From Gracilinanus agilis (Eukaryota): DNA of 64,000 nucleotides. Every line of letters begins with the position of its first letter. Position 1 is the first letter of the stretch. Under the pieces are notes generated by a model. It worked only from the letters and a program-made list of their open reading frames with translations. It did no database searches and was not told the DNA's origin. The stretch covers positions 279,587,261-279,651,260 of the forward strand of contig NC_058135.1 of assembly GCF_016433145.1 (NCBI RefSeq). The letters run 5' to 3'. Positions 23,656-37,745 of this stretch are shown here, one piece after another. The position numbers and the translations under genes were made by a program.

Positions 23656-24559
23656 AAAACAGATATGTATGATAATATTTGTGCAAAAGGAGTTAATAGC
23701 TTTTGTTTATGTACAAAACAGAAAATATTTTAGAAATGGGTTATAGGGAACTTTTAGTCATTGTGAAGACCATTGTAAGGAGGGCTAAAGAAGGGGTCAA
23801 AGGTTAGATCAGAGTAATTCACAATAGGAAAATATCAAGACACTCTCTGATAAGAGGATCTGACCTCCTCTTAGAAAGAACCTAGACAAAACATCACCTT
23901 TGTTTGTCTTCTTTTGTATAGATTAGGCTCTTTAGATAGGAGCTTTGACTTCTCTGCAATCTTCTGGATCTGCTGTAGATTCTTTGCATCATATTTTGTT
24001 CCTTAGGATTCCCAGACTTTAAAGGTTTGTTTACATTCATCGATCAAAAATGTTAAGTTTCAAACAATTTTTATTACTGAATAATACATAAAAACATAGA
24101 AAAATACTATACACTTTCTAATGCCATATATGTGATGGATATGTATTACATATTTAATACATTTAGGAATTTGTTAAATATTTACTAAAACCCATCAAAA
24201 ATCTTTTTCTGCAAAGCCTAATTCAAGCAGTTCAGAAAACCACTCAGATTCTCCAATTAGCCCAAAGCATCTACAGCCAGTATCACTACCATGTTATTCA
24301 AGGGAAGAGCCTGTAAACTAGTTTAACAGGTCTGATCCAGAAAGTCAGTGCTACAGTGTGCATGCCTCCATAGCATTATTCCTGTTATGTGTTTTATGTG
24401 GGGATGGATCATGGGAAATGGGAGTTATTACTGTCCACAAAGACTGTGGGGTTTAGCGATAATAAAAAGAATAGTGAGCACTTATATAGCATTTGAAGGT
24501 TTCCAGGGCACTTTCTATAATTTCAGTGTCCTTCTGTTTTCTTGCATGCAGTTGGTTTA

Positions 24560-24900
24560 AATATATTTGTTTGCTTCTTCTCTCTCCCATTAGATGATGC
24601 TTTTTGAGGGCCACTATCTTTTGCATCTTCTTGTATCCTCAGTGAAAAGCACAGTATCTGACTGTGATTATACATTAGGATCTCACTGATTTGTTTACTA
24701 ACTGATTGATTCCAAAGACAACAAAACTGAGAGATAGGTGCTATTATTACCTGAATTTTGCAGAAGAGGATATCATGCCTGAAAAAGGCTAAGTGACTTG
24801 CCCAGGGTCATACAGTCAAGAAGTATTTGAGGCAGAATTTGAATACAGGTTCAACTGAATCGAGGCCCATTACTTTTTCACTATGCCACCTAGCTACTTA
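24560..24900. mobile_element. L2 3' end followed by reverse MIR
   Basis: ctcccattagatgatgctttttgaggg...ttgtatcctcagtg (L2), then aagtgacttgcccagggtcatacag (MIR/Mar). Confidence 0.6.
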
Positions 24901-25669
24901 GCTCTCAACCATGATATTGAAGAAAATGTAATATAAGTAGAATAAAAATAAAGGGAAAAAAGGACAGAGAGATAAAGGCAATATTCAGTAATGTATGGGG
25001 CAATAAAATTAGAACAGGGAAAATGTCAGTTTGAATTTTGCCCCAATCACTTCTTGGGCAAGTCTAAAACCCTTTATTAGCCTCAGTGCCCTTATCTGTG
25101 AAAATGGAAATGATAAAATACCTATAGAACTTTCCTCATGATATTATTTTGAGCCTTAAATGTGATATTGGATGCATACTTTGCAAACTGTAAAGGTGAA
25201 TCTAGATGTGAGCTGTTAGAAGGAACCATATTTATTCTAAACTTTGTATCTTCTCCAGAATTTTATATGCCAATTAGTATTTGTTGATTTATTATTAACA
25301 TTTTAGTAACATTAGGATTCTGCCTTGATTCTGTTTAAATTTTCCCCTCAAGATATCTCTTGAATTACAGCAAAGAATCAGCTTGAAAAGATGCAAAGTA
25401 GAGAATATAAATTTGTTTATATAACTCTATGAGGTTTACAAAATAATTTTCTATAAAATAATTTTCTATACATTTACCATATAAACCTCATAGCCACCCT
25501 CTGAGAGGGATATTACAGATATTATAATTCCCATTTAACAACTAAAGGAAATGAGGTTCAATGATCTAAGGGTCTTGAAATCATTGCAAAGAAAGCAGAC
25601 AAGATTTGAACCCAGATCATCTTGATTCCAAGTCTAGAATACTATTTTCCTTTCCACATTTCCTCCCAA

Positions 25670-26270
25670 ATAAACTATGAAGTCTTGGAATGGATGTCCC
25701 AGAATTTACCTGGCATACTCAGAAAGGTGGACGAGACTCCAGAAAGGAGAGATGGTAGAAACTTCACTTGTGGGTCTTGAATTTGAGGTCTCAAGCCAAG
25801 GAAACAAGCAGACCTAATGGAGAAATGCTCCCCTAATTCTGTGTTGTGTTCAACATCCTTAGATCTGGAATGACCATCCCTGGTTTGTATGCATGGTAGG
25901 AGAGTTAGTGATTTTCCCTCCAGCTCAGTTTCTTGATGAATAATAGAAAACAAATGGATGATTTAGTGACTCAGGAGAGTCTGACTCACAAGGTCATAGA
26001 ACAACACATCCTAATAATGAAATATTTCAATGTTAGTAGTTTTAATCAAGGATCAGTAAGTGACTTTATGCAGACTTCAGAGCTCCACAGCTTTTAGAGG
26101 ATGGTGTCCCCATAGAGACACTTGGCAGCTCTTCCAGCAGTTCATGAAAAAAAGTCATTAATTTTTCTGATCCTAGAGAACACACAGAGATTGTCCAAGG
26201 AGACCATTTTCTCATGGGTACTTTGTCATTCTTAGCTTGATGCCAGCAATGTGAGGTAGATAAGAACCAT
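25670..26270 (-). promoter_or_regulatory. Putative promoter / non-coding first exon (block B) of the 18035-19012 OR
   Basis: Donor CAG|GTAAAT (25709-25704); O/E-like tccccatagag at 26107-26117 and ttctcatggg at 26209-26218; homeodomain TAATGA (tcatta 26155-26160); collinear with A, C and D. Confidence 0.65.
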
Positions 26271-27539
26271 GGACAAGGTAATAACAAAACTGAGATTATA
26301 GTTCTGTTTCCAGTACATCCTCCCTATGTAGCCTTGAACAAATCACTGAGTATGTCCAAGACTCAAGCTATTCATCTTTGAAATGGAAATAATTATCTCT
26401 TGTCTGATCATATTAAAATGGGTATGTTGAAGGACAAATTTGTCAAGGATTTAGTAGAGTCTGTGACCATCTCTCTCCTATTTTTGTAGACAAAATACAA
26501 AGATGTAGCCTAGACAGAAAAGAGTATGGTTGAATGGGTACAGAACTGGTTCATTAAGGGCTTAATGTCATCTTGGAAGGTGGTCTTTCCTAATCTCCTG
26601 TGAAAGAGAGTGGTTTGAATGATTTAAAAGGTGGTGAAAACATGTCTGCAGATGTTGAGTCTGGCCAGGCCCTGAGAACAGCCCTGGGAATTTTACAAAT
26701 GCAATCTGACTTTCTTGATCTTGACCAAAAATGTTTAATAAAATGGAGAATCAGAATAGGGTGAGGATGGAGGGCTAGGGGGTTCCCTAGGCTAATGAAA
26801 TTTATATTTATTCCAGAACCCACTGACCTGCAAGGGTATTTTCAGCCTCCAACAAAGTTGGAGCTACTCTATTTGCCTCTAAGTTCCCCAAAACTTCCCT
26901 AGTTCTAGTTATTTAACTCTACAGCCATTCCAAAGATTTTTGGTTGATGAATAGAGCAAGATGCTGGATTAAGGGTAGATGACCCAGTGATCTAGTCACC
27001 AAAGACTGCAAGCTGAGCTTGCAAAGATAACTTAACAGTTCAGATCACTCAAGTTGGGTTTCTTTCATCCAAGTAGGTAAACAGTTTCCTCAGGTCAGGA
27101 GATGGTGGCAGGAATAACAGTAGACTGAACAGGATCCAAACAGAGTTCTCAGGACATTCCAAAACCTGGATCAGAAGAGAGTGAAGTCCAGGAGTTGTGA
27201 TTTCTCACTCCTCCCCACGCCTCCTCTCAGAGGCTAGCTGGAATCATTCAGGGAAGGAAAGGAATCAAAAGAGGATGTCAGAAGGATCACAAATTGGATC
27301 AGAGGGAGAGCCAGGTCCAGAAGCCCTGACCCCGCTCACTCCTTCCAACTCCCTCCCATTCCAGGCTGACAGTTAATCCCCTCAGAACCCTCTCTCAGAA
27401 TTCCAAGAATCCTCCTGCACATTCTGTCCCTTGCACTCTGAGCAAAATCCTGTATTTTCTGCTCTGCCACACATCACATTTCCTTTTATTTATATTTCTT
27501 TCCTTCACCTGTCTATTACAGTCTCTCCTTTATTTTCAA

Positions 27540-27890
27540 AATCACCTTGTCTCTACTGTTTATATAGTTTGTGTTTATTTACATGTATGTATAGTTTCAC
27601 CTTAAAGAATATGTGATCTTCTTGCATAAAGAAAGTTATCTTTTTGGTTTTGTAACCCCAGAACCTATTATAGTGCCTTGCTCATTGTGGAAGTGTTTAT
27701 TCAACTCTTGTTTGAATTGAACTAATTATCAATGACTTGCAGAAAGACATAGTGGCATCTTTATCAAATCTGTATATAATTCAAAGTTAGGGTGGATAAC
27801 TAGCACATTGGATGATCAATTAAAGATCCAAAAATATCTCAGCTGGCTAAAATTATGAGTAAAATCTAATAAAATTTTAAAGGGTATCAC
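27540..27890 (+). mobile_element. L2 3' end followed by L3/CR1 ORF2 fragment
   Basis: L2 tail ...gtgccttgctcattgtggaagtgtttatt...gaattgaa; CR1-like ...ttatcaaatctgta...gatccaaaaatatctc. Confidence 0.55.
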
Positions 27891-29789
27891 GAAGACCAGC
27901 AAAGATTGTGGTGGAGGAAGCATTACTTCCTAGTTCTTTTCCATGATTACCTCAACAAAGACCTAGAAAGAGCACCACATTAAGGCATAATTAGGAAATC
28001 CAATGAAAAAATCAGAGTCTTGTCCAGATCTAATTTAGGAGGCTGAGGTGTCTAAGCACCAAGGTCAAGTTCTACCCATGAAGATACCACACAAAGCTTG
28101 GAAAGCTAAAGACTGAACTAGTCCCAGTGGTTGTGTACTGGAGCAGATTAAGTAGCACAGTAAGAGTTCTGAGTCTGGGATCAGGGCTTGAGTTCAAAAC
28201 CAGCTTCTGACACTTATTAGTTGTGTGCCCCATAGCAAGTCATCTAACACTGTTCACTAAAGAAAAAAGAGTAAAATTTTTGCGTGTTATATAGATTAAC
28301 ATTCTACACTTAAATGAATCAGATGAGTGTCCTTTCTCAGTTGGAGAGGGATTGGACTGTTATGATTCTTGTGCCAGGAGTTAGACTTGAATCTTGACCA
28401 GAAATTAAGAATACACACAATCTGTGAGGCAGTGAAGAGAGAGAAAGATTCCAAGATTCCATGAGCTGAGCAGCACTGGAGTTGTAGAGGCATAATTAAG
28501 GAATAATTAGGAAATTCCTCAAAGCTGAGCTGTAGAGTTAGGGAGGAAAAAGAGTGATTATTAATGAATTTTATAAAATTAATGCTTGGAGTTGCTGGAT
28601 ATTAATTTAAGTCCTACATTTATGGTGACTAGAAGTGGGGTTTAGAATCCTTAATTCTCTCTGAGTAGTTGAAAAGAAACTGTGTTTCTCCTGCTACGGC
28701 TTTTTAGCCTTTCACCTCCAGGGAGTAGTGGCACCTCCACCTGTCCGCCTTGCTTCCTGCTGTTGCTTCTGCCACCTGCTGCTGCAGATCCTACCTTCTG
28801 CCTGGGTAGTTCCATCCATCATTGCCTTCTACTAATGCCTGGGTAGTTCTACCCATCATTGTAGCCTCTGCTCCTCCTCCTCCATCTGTTGCTGCTGCTG
28901 CTGGTGGTAAAGTATTAACCCCTCTTTCCTTTGCATTGCTAACAACCGAATGCAAAGCCTGGGTATTTCTTTCAGGCAACAATTAGCCTCCTAAAGGGCT
29001 TTTACCTTAGGAGATGCTCCTATCTTCTTAACTCCCTGTCCATGTGGCAGTGGAAGCAAGCAGCTCCCTTGTGTTTTTAACCCTAGGGGAGAGGGCAAGG
29101 AAGGTTACTCTTCCAACAGGAAGTAGATATGCAACCAATTTAATAATTAGAATTGCAAGCATGGCCCAGTTTCCTGCCTAGCTCAAACAGCTCCCATTCT
29201 GGAAGAGTTCACAAAGCTCAAAGTTTTGGGGTATCTTCTCTTACTACTGTTTCTTGGTGTACTGGTCCTTGCATTTAGTTTGAGTAATCCTGAGATTCAG
29301 AGGGGAGATTCATCTCCCTATACCAGTTTGTCATTTTGGCCTGCCCAATTTCTTCAGCTCTTCCCATACAGGATTCATCCACACTATGCTTAGTGTGGAT
29401 ATAGGGAACCCCAGAGGTGTGATCAAAGGAATCTAGATGGATGATGATACTATGGAGGGGAAGGAACCTTAAAGAGTCTGGAGGCAAATTTTAAGCCCTT
29501 TCAGATTCCATTGTTAACTCTTTCAGTTTTGTTCCCCTCAAAATAGTAAAGAAGATTCTGTAATGCAGCCATTGGAATTGAAAAAAAAAGCCCAAACTCT
29601 TGAATTCAATGCCTGTATCCTGTCACATATATTGTATTTCCTGATTGTTTTAAGATTTAATTTTGTTTGTTAAGTTCACATATTGATCTAATCTAATATA
29701 TTCTGTTACCCTATGTCACATTAAGTTACTGTGTTTTGGCTATTAGCTATATATTCTGTTACACTGTTTTTATTTGCACCATCCTACTA

Positions 29790-30780
29790 TCTTTATTTGT
29801 TCCTCCCCATAAGATTGGACTGGAGAAAATACCATTGTAGAAATCCATAAACTACTTGGGTAAACCCTTTTCCATGGCAAAACCATAGATCCTTATGGAT
29901 GCTGGGTTTGTCACCAGATCCATCAAGGTCATATGTTGCCTAAATGGCCTTTTGTGCCTTTTTGCCTTTGTTAATTTTCACATAGATGATAATGGTTACA
30001 TCAAACTGGTTACAACCTCTATACAAACTTTGGAGAGAATTTAATGAGCAAAAAAATCTCAATTGATTTTAATGGGTCTTCAGAAGTGATTTTCAGATAT
30101 CTAGGAGCACTACTACCTCTGAGTGATCATTTGCCTACCTTTGAGTTGTGTGTAACAAGAGGTAAGGGTCCATTTAGTAGCTGAAGTGAAGTGCTGTAGC
30201 ACTATTATATTCCCCATCCTATAAAAATGTAATGGATCAGACATTTGAAGTGATTTTCACGATTGTAGCCCTCACTTCCACATTGCAATGGCTGGGACAT
30301 ATAAAGACATGCCTTTTATGGCTGTTATAGTCTCAGGAGGTTCATCTGGAGGTGGTAAAGTTTTATCTAGGGGGCATGGTACCCCTGAATGGCCCATGAG
30401 AGGGAGCATTTTGTATGGAACCTAGTAGCTTCTAAATGTTTTTTTTATATTTGTAATTCTATAGCTTACTCTACCCTTCCACCAGAATGATCTAGATTCT
30501 TGGTGACATTTTGGACCCAAAAGGTTTTTATTAGCAGTATAGAAGTTTGTGTTTTTTCTGTGCTCTTCTGCCAAATTTCAATATGATGGCATTAATAGAC
30601 TTTGTTAAAAATATCTCAGCTAAGGTTGAAAATTTTTCTAGATTTGGAGAACTTGTGGAAAGTATCCATGAGCTTCAGTGGCTAAAGAGACTCGTGTGAA
30701 TCCTAATGATAGTGGGTTTGTTTGCTATTATCATTTAAATGTGCTCTTATGATTTTGGGGATTTTGATACATCTTGAATG
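29790..30780 (+). pseudogene. env: Retroviral env remnant
   Basis: WTGENTIVEIHKLLG*TLFHGKTIDPYGCWVCH (CXXC at 29900-29911); FLLA then EVCVFSVLFCQ (C-X6-C at 30548-30571); hydrophobic WLKRLV*ILMIVGLFAIII at 30679; stops and frameshifts. Confidence 0.7.
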
Positions 30781-31185
30781 TGCATTAACTGCTATGTTAC
30801 TGTTTTTTTTTAATAAAGCTGTTTACTTAGTGAAAATTATATACACTAATACTGTGGATCATAGCTAAGTTAAAAAGGAAATGGATCTCATTTTTGAGTG
30901 AGGAACTTTTGCATTCTGCCTCTCCTTCGGCAAACACATTGTGTCACTGATTGTGAACTATATATTTTTGATTAAAAAAATATTATTGCTTTTTACCCTT
31001 GTATGTGCAATAGAGTATTTGAGTTTTCTTTTTTCTAATTTTTTGTATTTGAAGCAACTGTTACCAGTATTAATGGTTTTTTGATTTTGTACTATTATAA
31101 GTTTAAAATATCCATTTGCTCTAATATTAATGCATACCCAAAAGCTTTATGTAAATAGTTTTGCAAGTAGCCATCTTGTGCAAAC

Positions 31186-31863
31186 TGTAGCAAGATGGGG
31201 GTTCTGATTTTAGAATCCCAGAGCAGGCATGAGACAGTGGAAAGACCGTTGGAGCACCCCTAAAATAGGAGGTCACCCCCAAGCAAACAGGCTCAGTTGT
31301 GAGTTAGGTGGGTGAAAGGATGGAAGAGGAAAAGCTCTCCATTTGAACCCAGAAGCTTCACCAAAGACTTCCGTTAACTGATCTACATTAGGGTCTACCT
31401 ACTTAGGTCTACTGTCATATCCTGCAATTTGCAGTGTAGTTTATCATCATCATCATCAACAAAAATAATGAACAACATCATCAACAAATTCATCTCAGAA
31501 GAAACATCAGTTATTTATTATCAATTAAACTTAGCCAGCTTTGATGTCTAGCAGTTGAACTAGGCCGAGGTTGCAAAACTAGCCAGAATGGCAGAATTCT
31601 GTCTGAGGCTTTTTCTCAAAAGAACAGCCTCTCTATCAATTAAGTTTTAGTTTTAGTTTAACCTTAAAACCTTTATCCTCACCCATTTTTCCTCAATCCG
31701 TAATCCATCAAGATATTCCTGTATCCCCAAAAGCAAAGGCAAAATCAGACCAGGGAATGCTATTTCCCATCTGCTTGAAAAATCCAGTCCCTTTTTGGTC
31801 TTTCATAAGTGTGGCAATTTTCGGTAGTCGTGACTGCTGATTGGGTAAGTGCATATTGCTGCA
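31186..31863. mobile_element. Possible nested solo LTR inside the ERV
   Basis: tgtagca...tgctgca terminal inverted repeat (6/7); no TSD found. Confidence 0.4.
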
Positions 31864-32872
31864 ATGGTCCTACAGGCTTGTGAGACATAAATCACTTTAA
31901 TTAGGCCCTGATTCAGGGATCTGTTAAAGGTTTATTTTTCTTTAATTAGAATTTTTACACATAAGAATTTTATATTATATATTTCATCCAGAAGTTACTT
32001 TTTTTCTCTTTTATTTGGTTTTTTGGATGTTTTGGATTTTCTTTTGACAATTGATTCATATACCTCATAACTCAGACATGTATTCCTGGGTGATCCATGT
32101 GTTTGTCAACAACTTCCTCAGGGGGATTGCATAATTGTCATAAAATTCTCATTTAAAATTTTTTTTTCTTTTTTGAGAGTAATTTTAGGATAAGAAACTT
32201 GTTACCTCCCTGAATAAAGAAAGTAAACTGCTTGGAGAAGGTGCCATGAACATGCCTGTAGAAAACACACACTGCACCAAAATATCCAGAATGAACTTTG
32301 GGATGTAATGAAATTGATCTGTGGGGGGTTGAATGCATTTATTTTGAATGTAAACTCTTATGCCAAAGAGGACTGCCCCCAAATTGGTTTTGCTCTTTCT
32401 CTTTTATATTTCACTCATATCTCTAATTATTGTAGTTTCCTCTTAGAAAGTGCAATATTGTATGCACCTTTAGCTAGAAGATCTTTAGAGGTATAAGATG
32501 GGGTTTTATGTTTAAATGATCCATTGGGGAAACTAGTCTCCCAAAGGATCACAGGGAGGATCATGTAATTAAAATCTGCTACCCCAAAATTTACAATTCC
32601 CAGCACCCCACTCTCCTCACATTACATGCTGATGTAGGGAGGATATACATTTGCTGAAGCCCCACCTCTCACTCTCTTGTCTTCCTGTCTTGGCTTTGGT
32701 AGAGTGGGATTTTTAAGCAGTCAATGAGAACTTAGTCATGTGGTCTTAATTTTGTTAAATAATTAGGTTCTTTACTTCTATTTCCTTTTTATTCTTTCTA
32801 CTTCAAGTGATTATTAACAAACTTCATAAAAATTAATACTTGGAGTTGCTGGATATTAATTTAAATCCTACA

Positions 32873-35800
32873 ATATGATAGATATCTGATGAGAACTGAA
32901 TGAGAATAGAAAGGTGTATACTTTTCTCTCATGATACCTTTACAAAAATTAAACATAGTGCACAAAATCTTATAGTTAAATGCAGAAAAGCAGAAATAAT
33001 AAATACATCTTTTTTAGATCATAACACAACAAAACTATATGTTATAAGGGACTATAGAAACACAAAGCAAAAAATTTAATTGGAGATTAAATAACAATCT
33101 TAAAGATGATTAGGTTAAAGAAAAAGTGATGGAAAAAAAGAATTTCATTAAAGAAAATAATAAGACAATTAACCAAAATGTATGGGATACAGCAAAAGCA
33201 ATAATTAGAGAAAAATTTATATCTCTAATTGCTTATATCAATAAACTAGAGAAATCAAAGGAATGTCATAAAAAAGCTTGTAAAGCCACAAATTTAAATT
33301 AAAGACAAGATTAATAAAACAATGCATGGAAATCTTTGAATTAAATAGAAGTAGTTGTGGATTTTATTAGGGGAATCAACAAAACAGATAAACCTCTTGT
33401 TAATATGATTTAAAAGACAGAGAGAAAAATCAAATCACTACCATTAAAAATATAAAAGGTGATTGTACCATCTATGAACATCTACAAAAAATGTAAACTG
33501 TTAAGACCATCAGAGGAGGAAATATATTATCTAAATAAATCAATTTTAGAAAAAATAATTGAATAGGAAATGAAGTTCCTAAGAAAAAATTATCAGAACC
33601 AATTGAATTTATAAGTGAATTCTACCAAACATTTGAAGATTAACTAATTCTAATATTAAATAAATTATTTTAAATAATAGGTAAAGAAAGACTCCTACCA
33701 AACTCCTTTCGTGGAAAAAATATGGTGCTGAAACCTAAACTAGAAAGAGAAAAAACAGAGAAAGAAAATTATAGACCATTTTCATTAATGAATATGAATG
33801 CAAAAATCCTAAATAAAATACTAGCTAGGAGACTACAACAACATATCACAAAGATAATACATTGTGACCAAACGGGATTTATATAGTGATTCAGTGATGG
33901 TTTAATATAAGGAAGACTATTAGCATATTTTCCTATATCAATAACAAAAGCAAAAAAAACCAAAACATGTGATTATAACCAATAGATGCAGAAAAAGCTT
34001 TTGACAAAAAACCCCACTCATTCCTATTTAATAAATGGAAAGCACAGACATAAGTGGATTTTTTTTCTTAAAATAATAAGAAATATCTACCAAAACCCAT
34101 CAGAAAATTTTATTTGTCAAAAGGAAAAATTACAAACCTTCCAATAAGATTAAGTATGAAACAAAGATGCCCATTTTAACCAATATTTAATATTATATTA
34201 GAAATGTTAGGAATAGCAATAGGGGAAGAACAAGTAGAATAAGAATGGACAGAAGTAATAAAATCATTCAGATGATACAATGTCATATGTGGAAAATCTT
34301 GGAGATTCAACTAAAAAGTTAGTTGAAACTATCAATAAGTTTAGTAAAGTAGCAGAATATAAAATAAACCCACAGAAATCATTAGCACTTCTATATATCA
34401 CTAACAAGTACCTGCAGGAAGGGATAGAAAGAGATACTCCATTTAAAATAACCATAGACAGAATCAATTACTTGGTAATTCCTGCCCCCTTCCCCCCAAA
34501 AAAAACCTCAGGAACTTCATGAACTTCATTATAATACAAGTTTTACACACATAAGAAAATTAGATTTAAATAATTGGAGAAAGATAATTAAAACAACAGT
34601 CCTTAAAATAATCTACTTATTCAACACTATCATAATTAATTTTAAAAATGTAAAAGAAGGAAGATTAGCAGTACCTGATTTTGAACTATATAATAAATCA
34701 GCAATTATCAAGACTATTTGTTATTAGCTAAAAAAATAGAAAAGTAGATCAGTGGAACAGAAAGACATACAACAGATAGTGATAAAAGGTTATAGTAACC
34801 TTATATTTGAAAAAAGTAAAATTCAAGTTTTAGGGGTGAGAACTCACTATTTGGTAAACTTGTTGGGATTACTGGAAGGCAGTTTGGCATAAACTAGGTA
34901 TAGACCAGTATCTCATGCCATTTACTTAGATAAGATCAAAATGGATACATGACCTACATAAAAATGAAAATTTCATAAGCAAATTAGAACAAGTAAGATT
35001 TCTATCAGATTTACGGATAGGAGAAGAATTCATGAATAAACAAGAGATAGAGAACATTGTTAGATGAAAAGTGGATAATTTTGATTACATTAAAAAGTTT
35101 TGTACAAATAAAATGAATGTAGCTAATGTTAGAAGAAAAACAGAAAAATAGTAGGGAGGAATTCATAGTTTCTCATACTGAGGTCTCATATCAAAAATAT
35201 CTAGAAAACATTATCAAGAATAAGAGCAAAATTGGAAAACGAGGATATGCCCTTCATTTGGGGAATAACTGAACAAATCGTGGTATTTGTTGGTGATGGA
35301 ATACTATTGTGCTGAAAGGAATAGTGAACTGGAGGAATTCCATGTGAACTGGAATGACCTCCAGGAATTGATGCAGAGCACAGGAGCAGAACCAGGAGAA
35401 CTTTGTACTGATACAGAGACTGATACACTGGCACAATTGAACATAATGGACTTATCTACTAATAGCAATGCAATGATCCAGGACAATTCTTAGGGACTTA
35501 TGAGAAAGAACACTATCCACATTCAGAGGAAGAACTGTGGGAGTAGAAACACAGAAGAAAAACAACTGCTTGATCACATGGGTTGATGGGGATATGATTG
35601 GAGATGTAGACTCTAAACAATCACACTAGTGCAAATATCAATAATATGGAAATAGGTCTTGATCAATGACACATGTAAAACCCAGTGGAATTGTGTGTTG
35701 GCTATGGGGGGGGGGGGAAGGGGGTTGTGGGGAGGGAAAGAACATGAATCCTGTAACCATGGAAAAATGTTCTAAATTAATTTAAAAAAAAAAAAGAATA

Positions 35801-35880
35801 AGAGCCATTCTCCAACTAATAAATGGTCAAAAGATATGAACAAATAGTTTTTGGATGAAGAAATCAATACCATATGTAGG
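32873..35880 (+). mobile_element. Old L1 ORF2 fragment (endonuclease end to RT and C-terminus), degenerate
   Basis: L1 hallmarks: tatgggatacagcaaaagca, gaattctaccaaacattt, gatgcagaaaaagcttttgacaaa, gatcagtggaacag. Confidence 0.9.
35228..35793 (+). mobile_element. Younger 5'-truncated L1 nested in the old L1, 12-bp TSD
   Basis: TSD aagaataagagc at 35216-35227 and 35794-35805; poly(A) tail. Confidence 0.9.
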
Positions 35881-36594
35881 CATGTATCTGTAGGAGTTGA
35901 AGGAATCTATATTTAGGAAATCCAGGCACAAGTTATTACTAGCTTTATTTTGAAGACTTTTCTAGATTAAATTTAGTTTGGGACAATGAGCAAAAGGAAG
36001 GGAAAGTGATGTTTTGTGTCAGAGTTCTAGCATTGATCCTTGTCCCTTTAAATACTGAGTTTTGGGCTATTGGGAAAAGGGAGTCCAGAGTATTATACTA
36101 TCTGCCTTTTTTTATTTCTGAAATGGACCTTCAAATTCATTAGCATAGGGAATTTCCAAGGAGGAAACTTTTACTAATTGAATCGTTGATTATCAGGCAA
36201 TATAGAGTTAAGTTAAATCATTTGGTGTTCCTTTTCCCATCTATAAAATGGATAATGACATTTATGTTACTATTGAAAATTATGTGTCTCAGTGACTCAT
36301 TGTTTCCATCCTTGCTTGTCAATCAGTGTTGGGGGAAATAATAATGGGAAATTTACACTTGAGTCTGCAGCTTTTTTCATTATATACTCATTGTCACGTA
36401 CCCCTATCTGTCATTTGTTCTCCTACTGGCAAATTGTCATGTACTTGCTACCTTGGGGAGAAACTGAACCTATCAGAATTCTTTACCTCATTATGAAAGT
36501 TACCAATATAAGCTGGCTCCACCTGGAAGTCATTTGCTAATCTCCAATGATCACAGCAACAACCTATTTATAAGAATTTAAAATTTATGACACT

Positions 36595-37350
36595 GGCTGT
36601 AGATTAATGATTTTATTAAATCCAAAATAACAGGAAGAAGAAGATGGAAAAATAGAAGAGAGGTACTTAGCTTCTAAGCTGTGGCCACCATTTTGGGCCC
36701 CCTACCACACCAACCCTGAGGAAAGCAGTCATCAGGAAACACGGAAGCCTCTGAGCTCTCAACCTGTCTCAATTTATTCATTCTAATCTCCACTTACCAA
36801 CATGTGACATATCAGGAGCAGATCATGGTTTTTTATTTTTGTCTGTGTCACCTGTGGCAGGGAAGCAGTCCTGGGGCACTCAGCTCTGCTTCCTGTCTTG
36901 TGACTCTTAGCTTCCCTTTCCAGTGGCTAGTCTATATCTCAGTTTAATCTAATTGTCTTTGGCCATTACTGAGGCCTGGAGGGAAGTAAATCTAGTGATC
37001 TTTCCTCCTAAGTCTTAAAATGGACAATGGAAATTATATGAATGAGCTATTCAAAGGTTTTCTTTCCCAAGTTGATCTGACAGCATTGAGACCTGAAAAA
37101 GTAGATAACATTTGGATGACAGTGGCTGAAGATCTGGATTAGGAAAGGGCTTTATACAGACCTGGGGGACTGTGTCCCTTGGAAATACCTAGGATCTGTA
37201 CAAAACAAACCATTAAACTGTTCTTTAGTCATGGGGAGTGAATACTGATTGTCTATGGGGATTGTTTCCCCCTGGCTGATTTTGTCATTATTATTTCATT
37301 GTTAGGGCTATGGAGCTGAAAGGGCCTTGGTTATTGGTAGCCCTGGCCTT
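36595..37350. mobile_element. LTR-like sequence(s), boundaries unresolved
   Basis: ATTAAA at about 37212 followed by U5-like sequence; no TSD identified. Confidence 0.3.
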
Positions 37351-37745
37351 GAGATCCTAGCAATCAGACCTTGAGCAAGGCACTTAATTACTATCTGTTT
37401 CAGTTCACTTATCTGTCAAATAAGGCTAATTCTCCTTGCCTACATAACTCACAGAATTGTTGTAAGGTTCCAATATCATTCTGAAATATAAAGGGAGCAA
37501 TGTAATGTAGGGTGAAGAGTATTAAAACCTGGACATGTTAGAGTCCTAGATCTGCCTCTTATTTATTAAATTATTTGTATTGTTTAGCTTTACGTATTGT
37601 CTCTGTAGCTCAGTTTCCTTATCTGTAAAATTGTGATAATTTTAATTGTCCATCTTTACCTGGCAAAATTTTCTTACAGGCCGTGGTCCTGAAGGTTATA
37701 TGCACATAACAATCTAGCTGACTAATATATCAAGAGGATACTATA

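Larger units (their letters stand above)
28281..32872 (+). mobile_element. Degenerate ERV (gamma-type env) lacking recognisable gag/pol
   Basis: Two LTR ends share about 65 bp (28553-28618 vs about 32807-32872); PBS-like tggtgac at 28623; env motifs at 29816-30760. Confidence 0.75.

Noticed and set aside
28799-28861. Two direct repeats with a short spacer (CRISPR-like look)
   Set aside because: Only two units in an ERV leader of a eukaryotic genome; simple tandem duplication.
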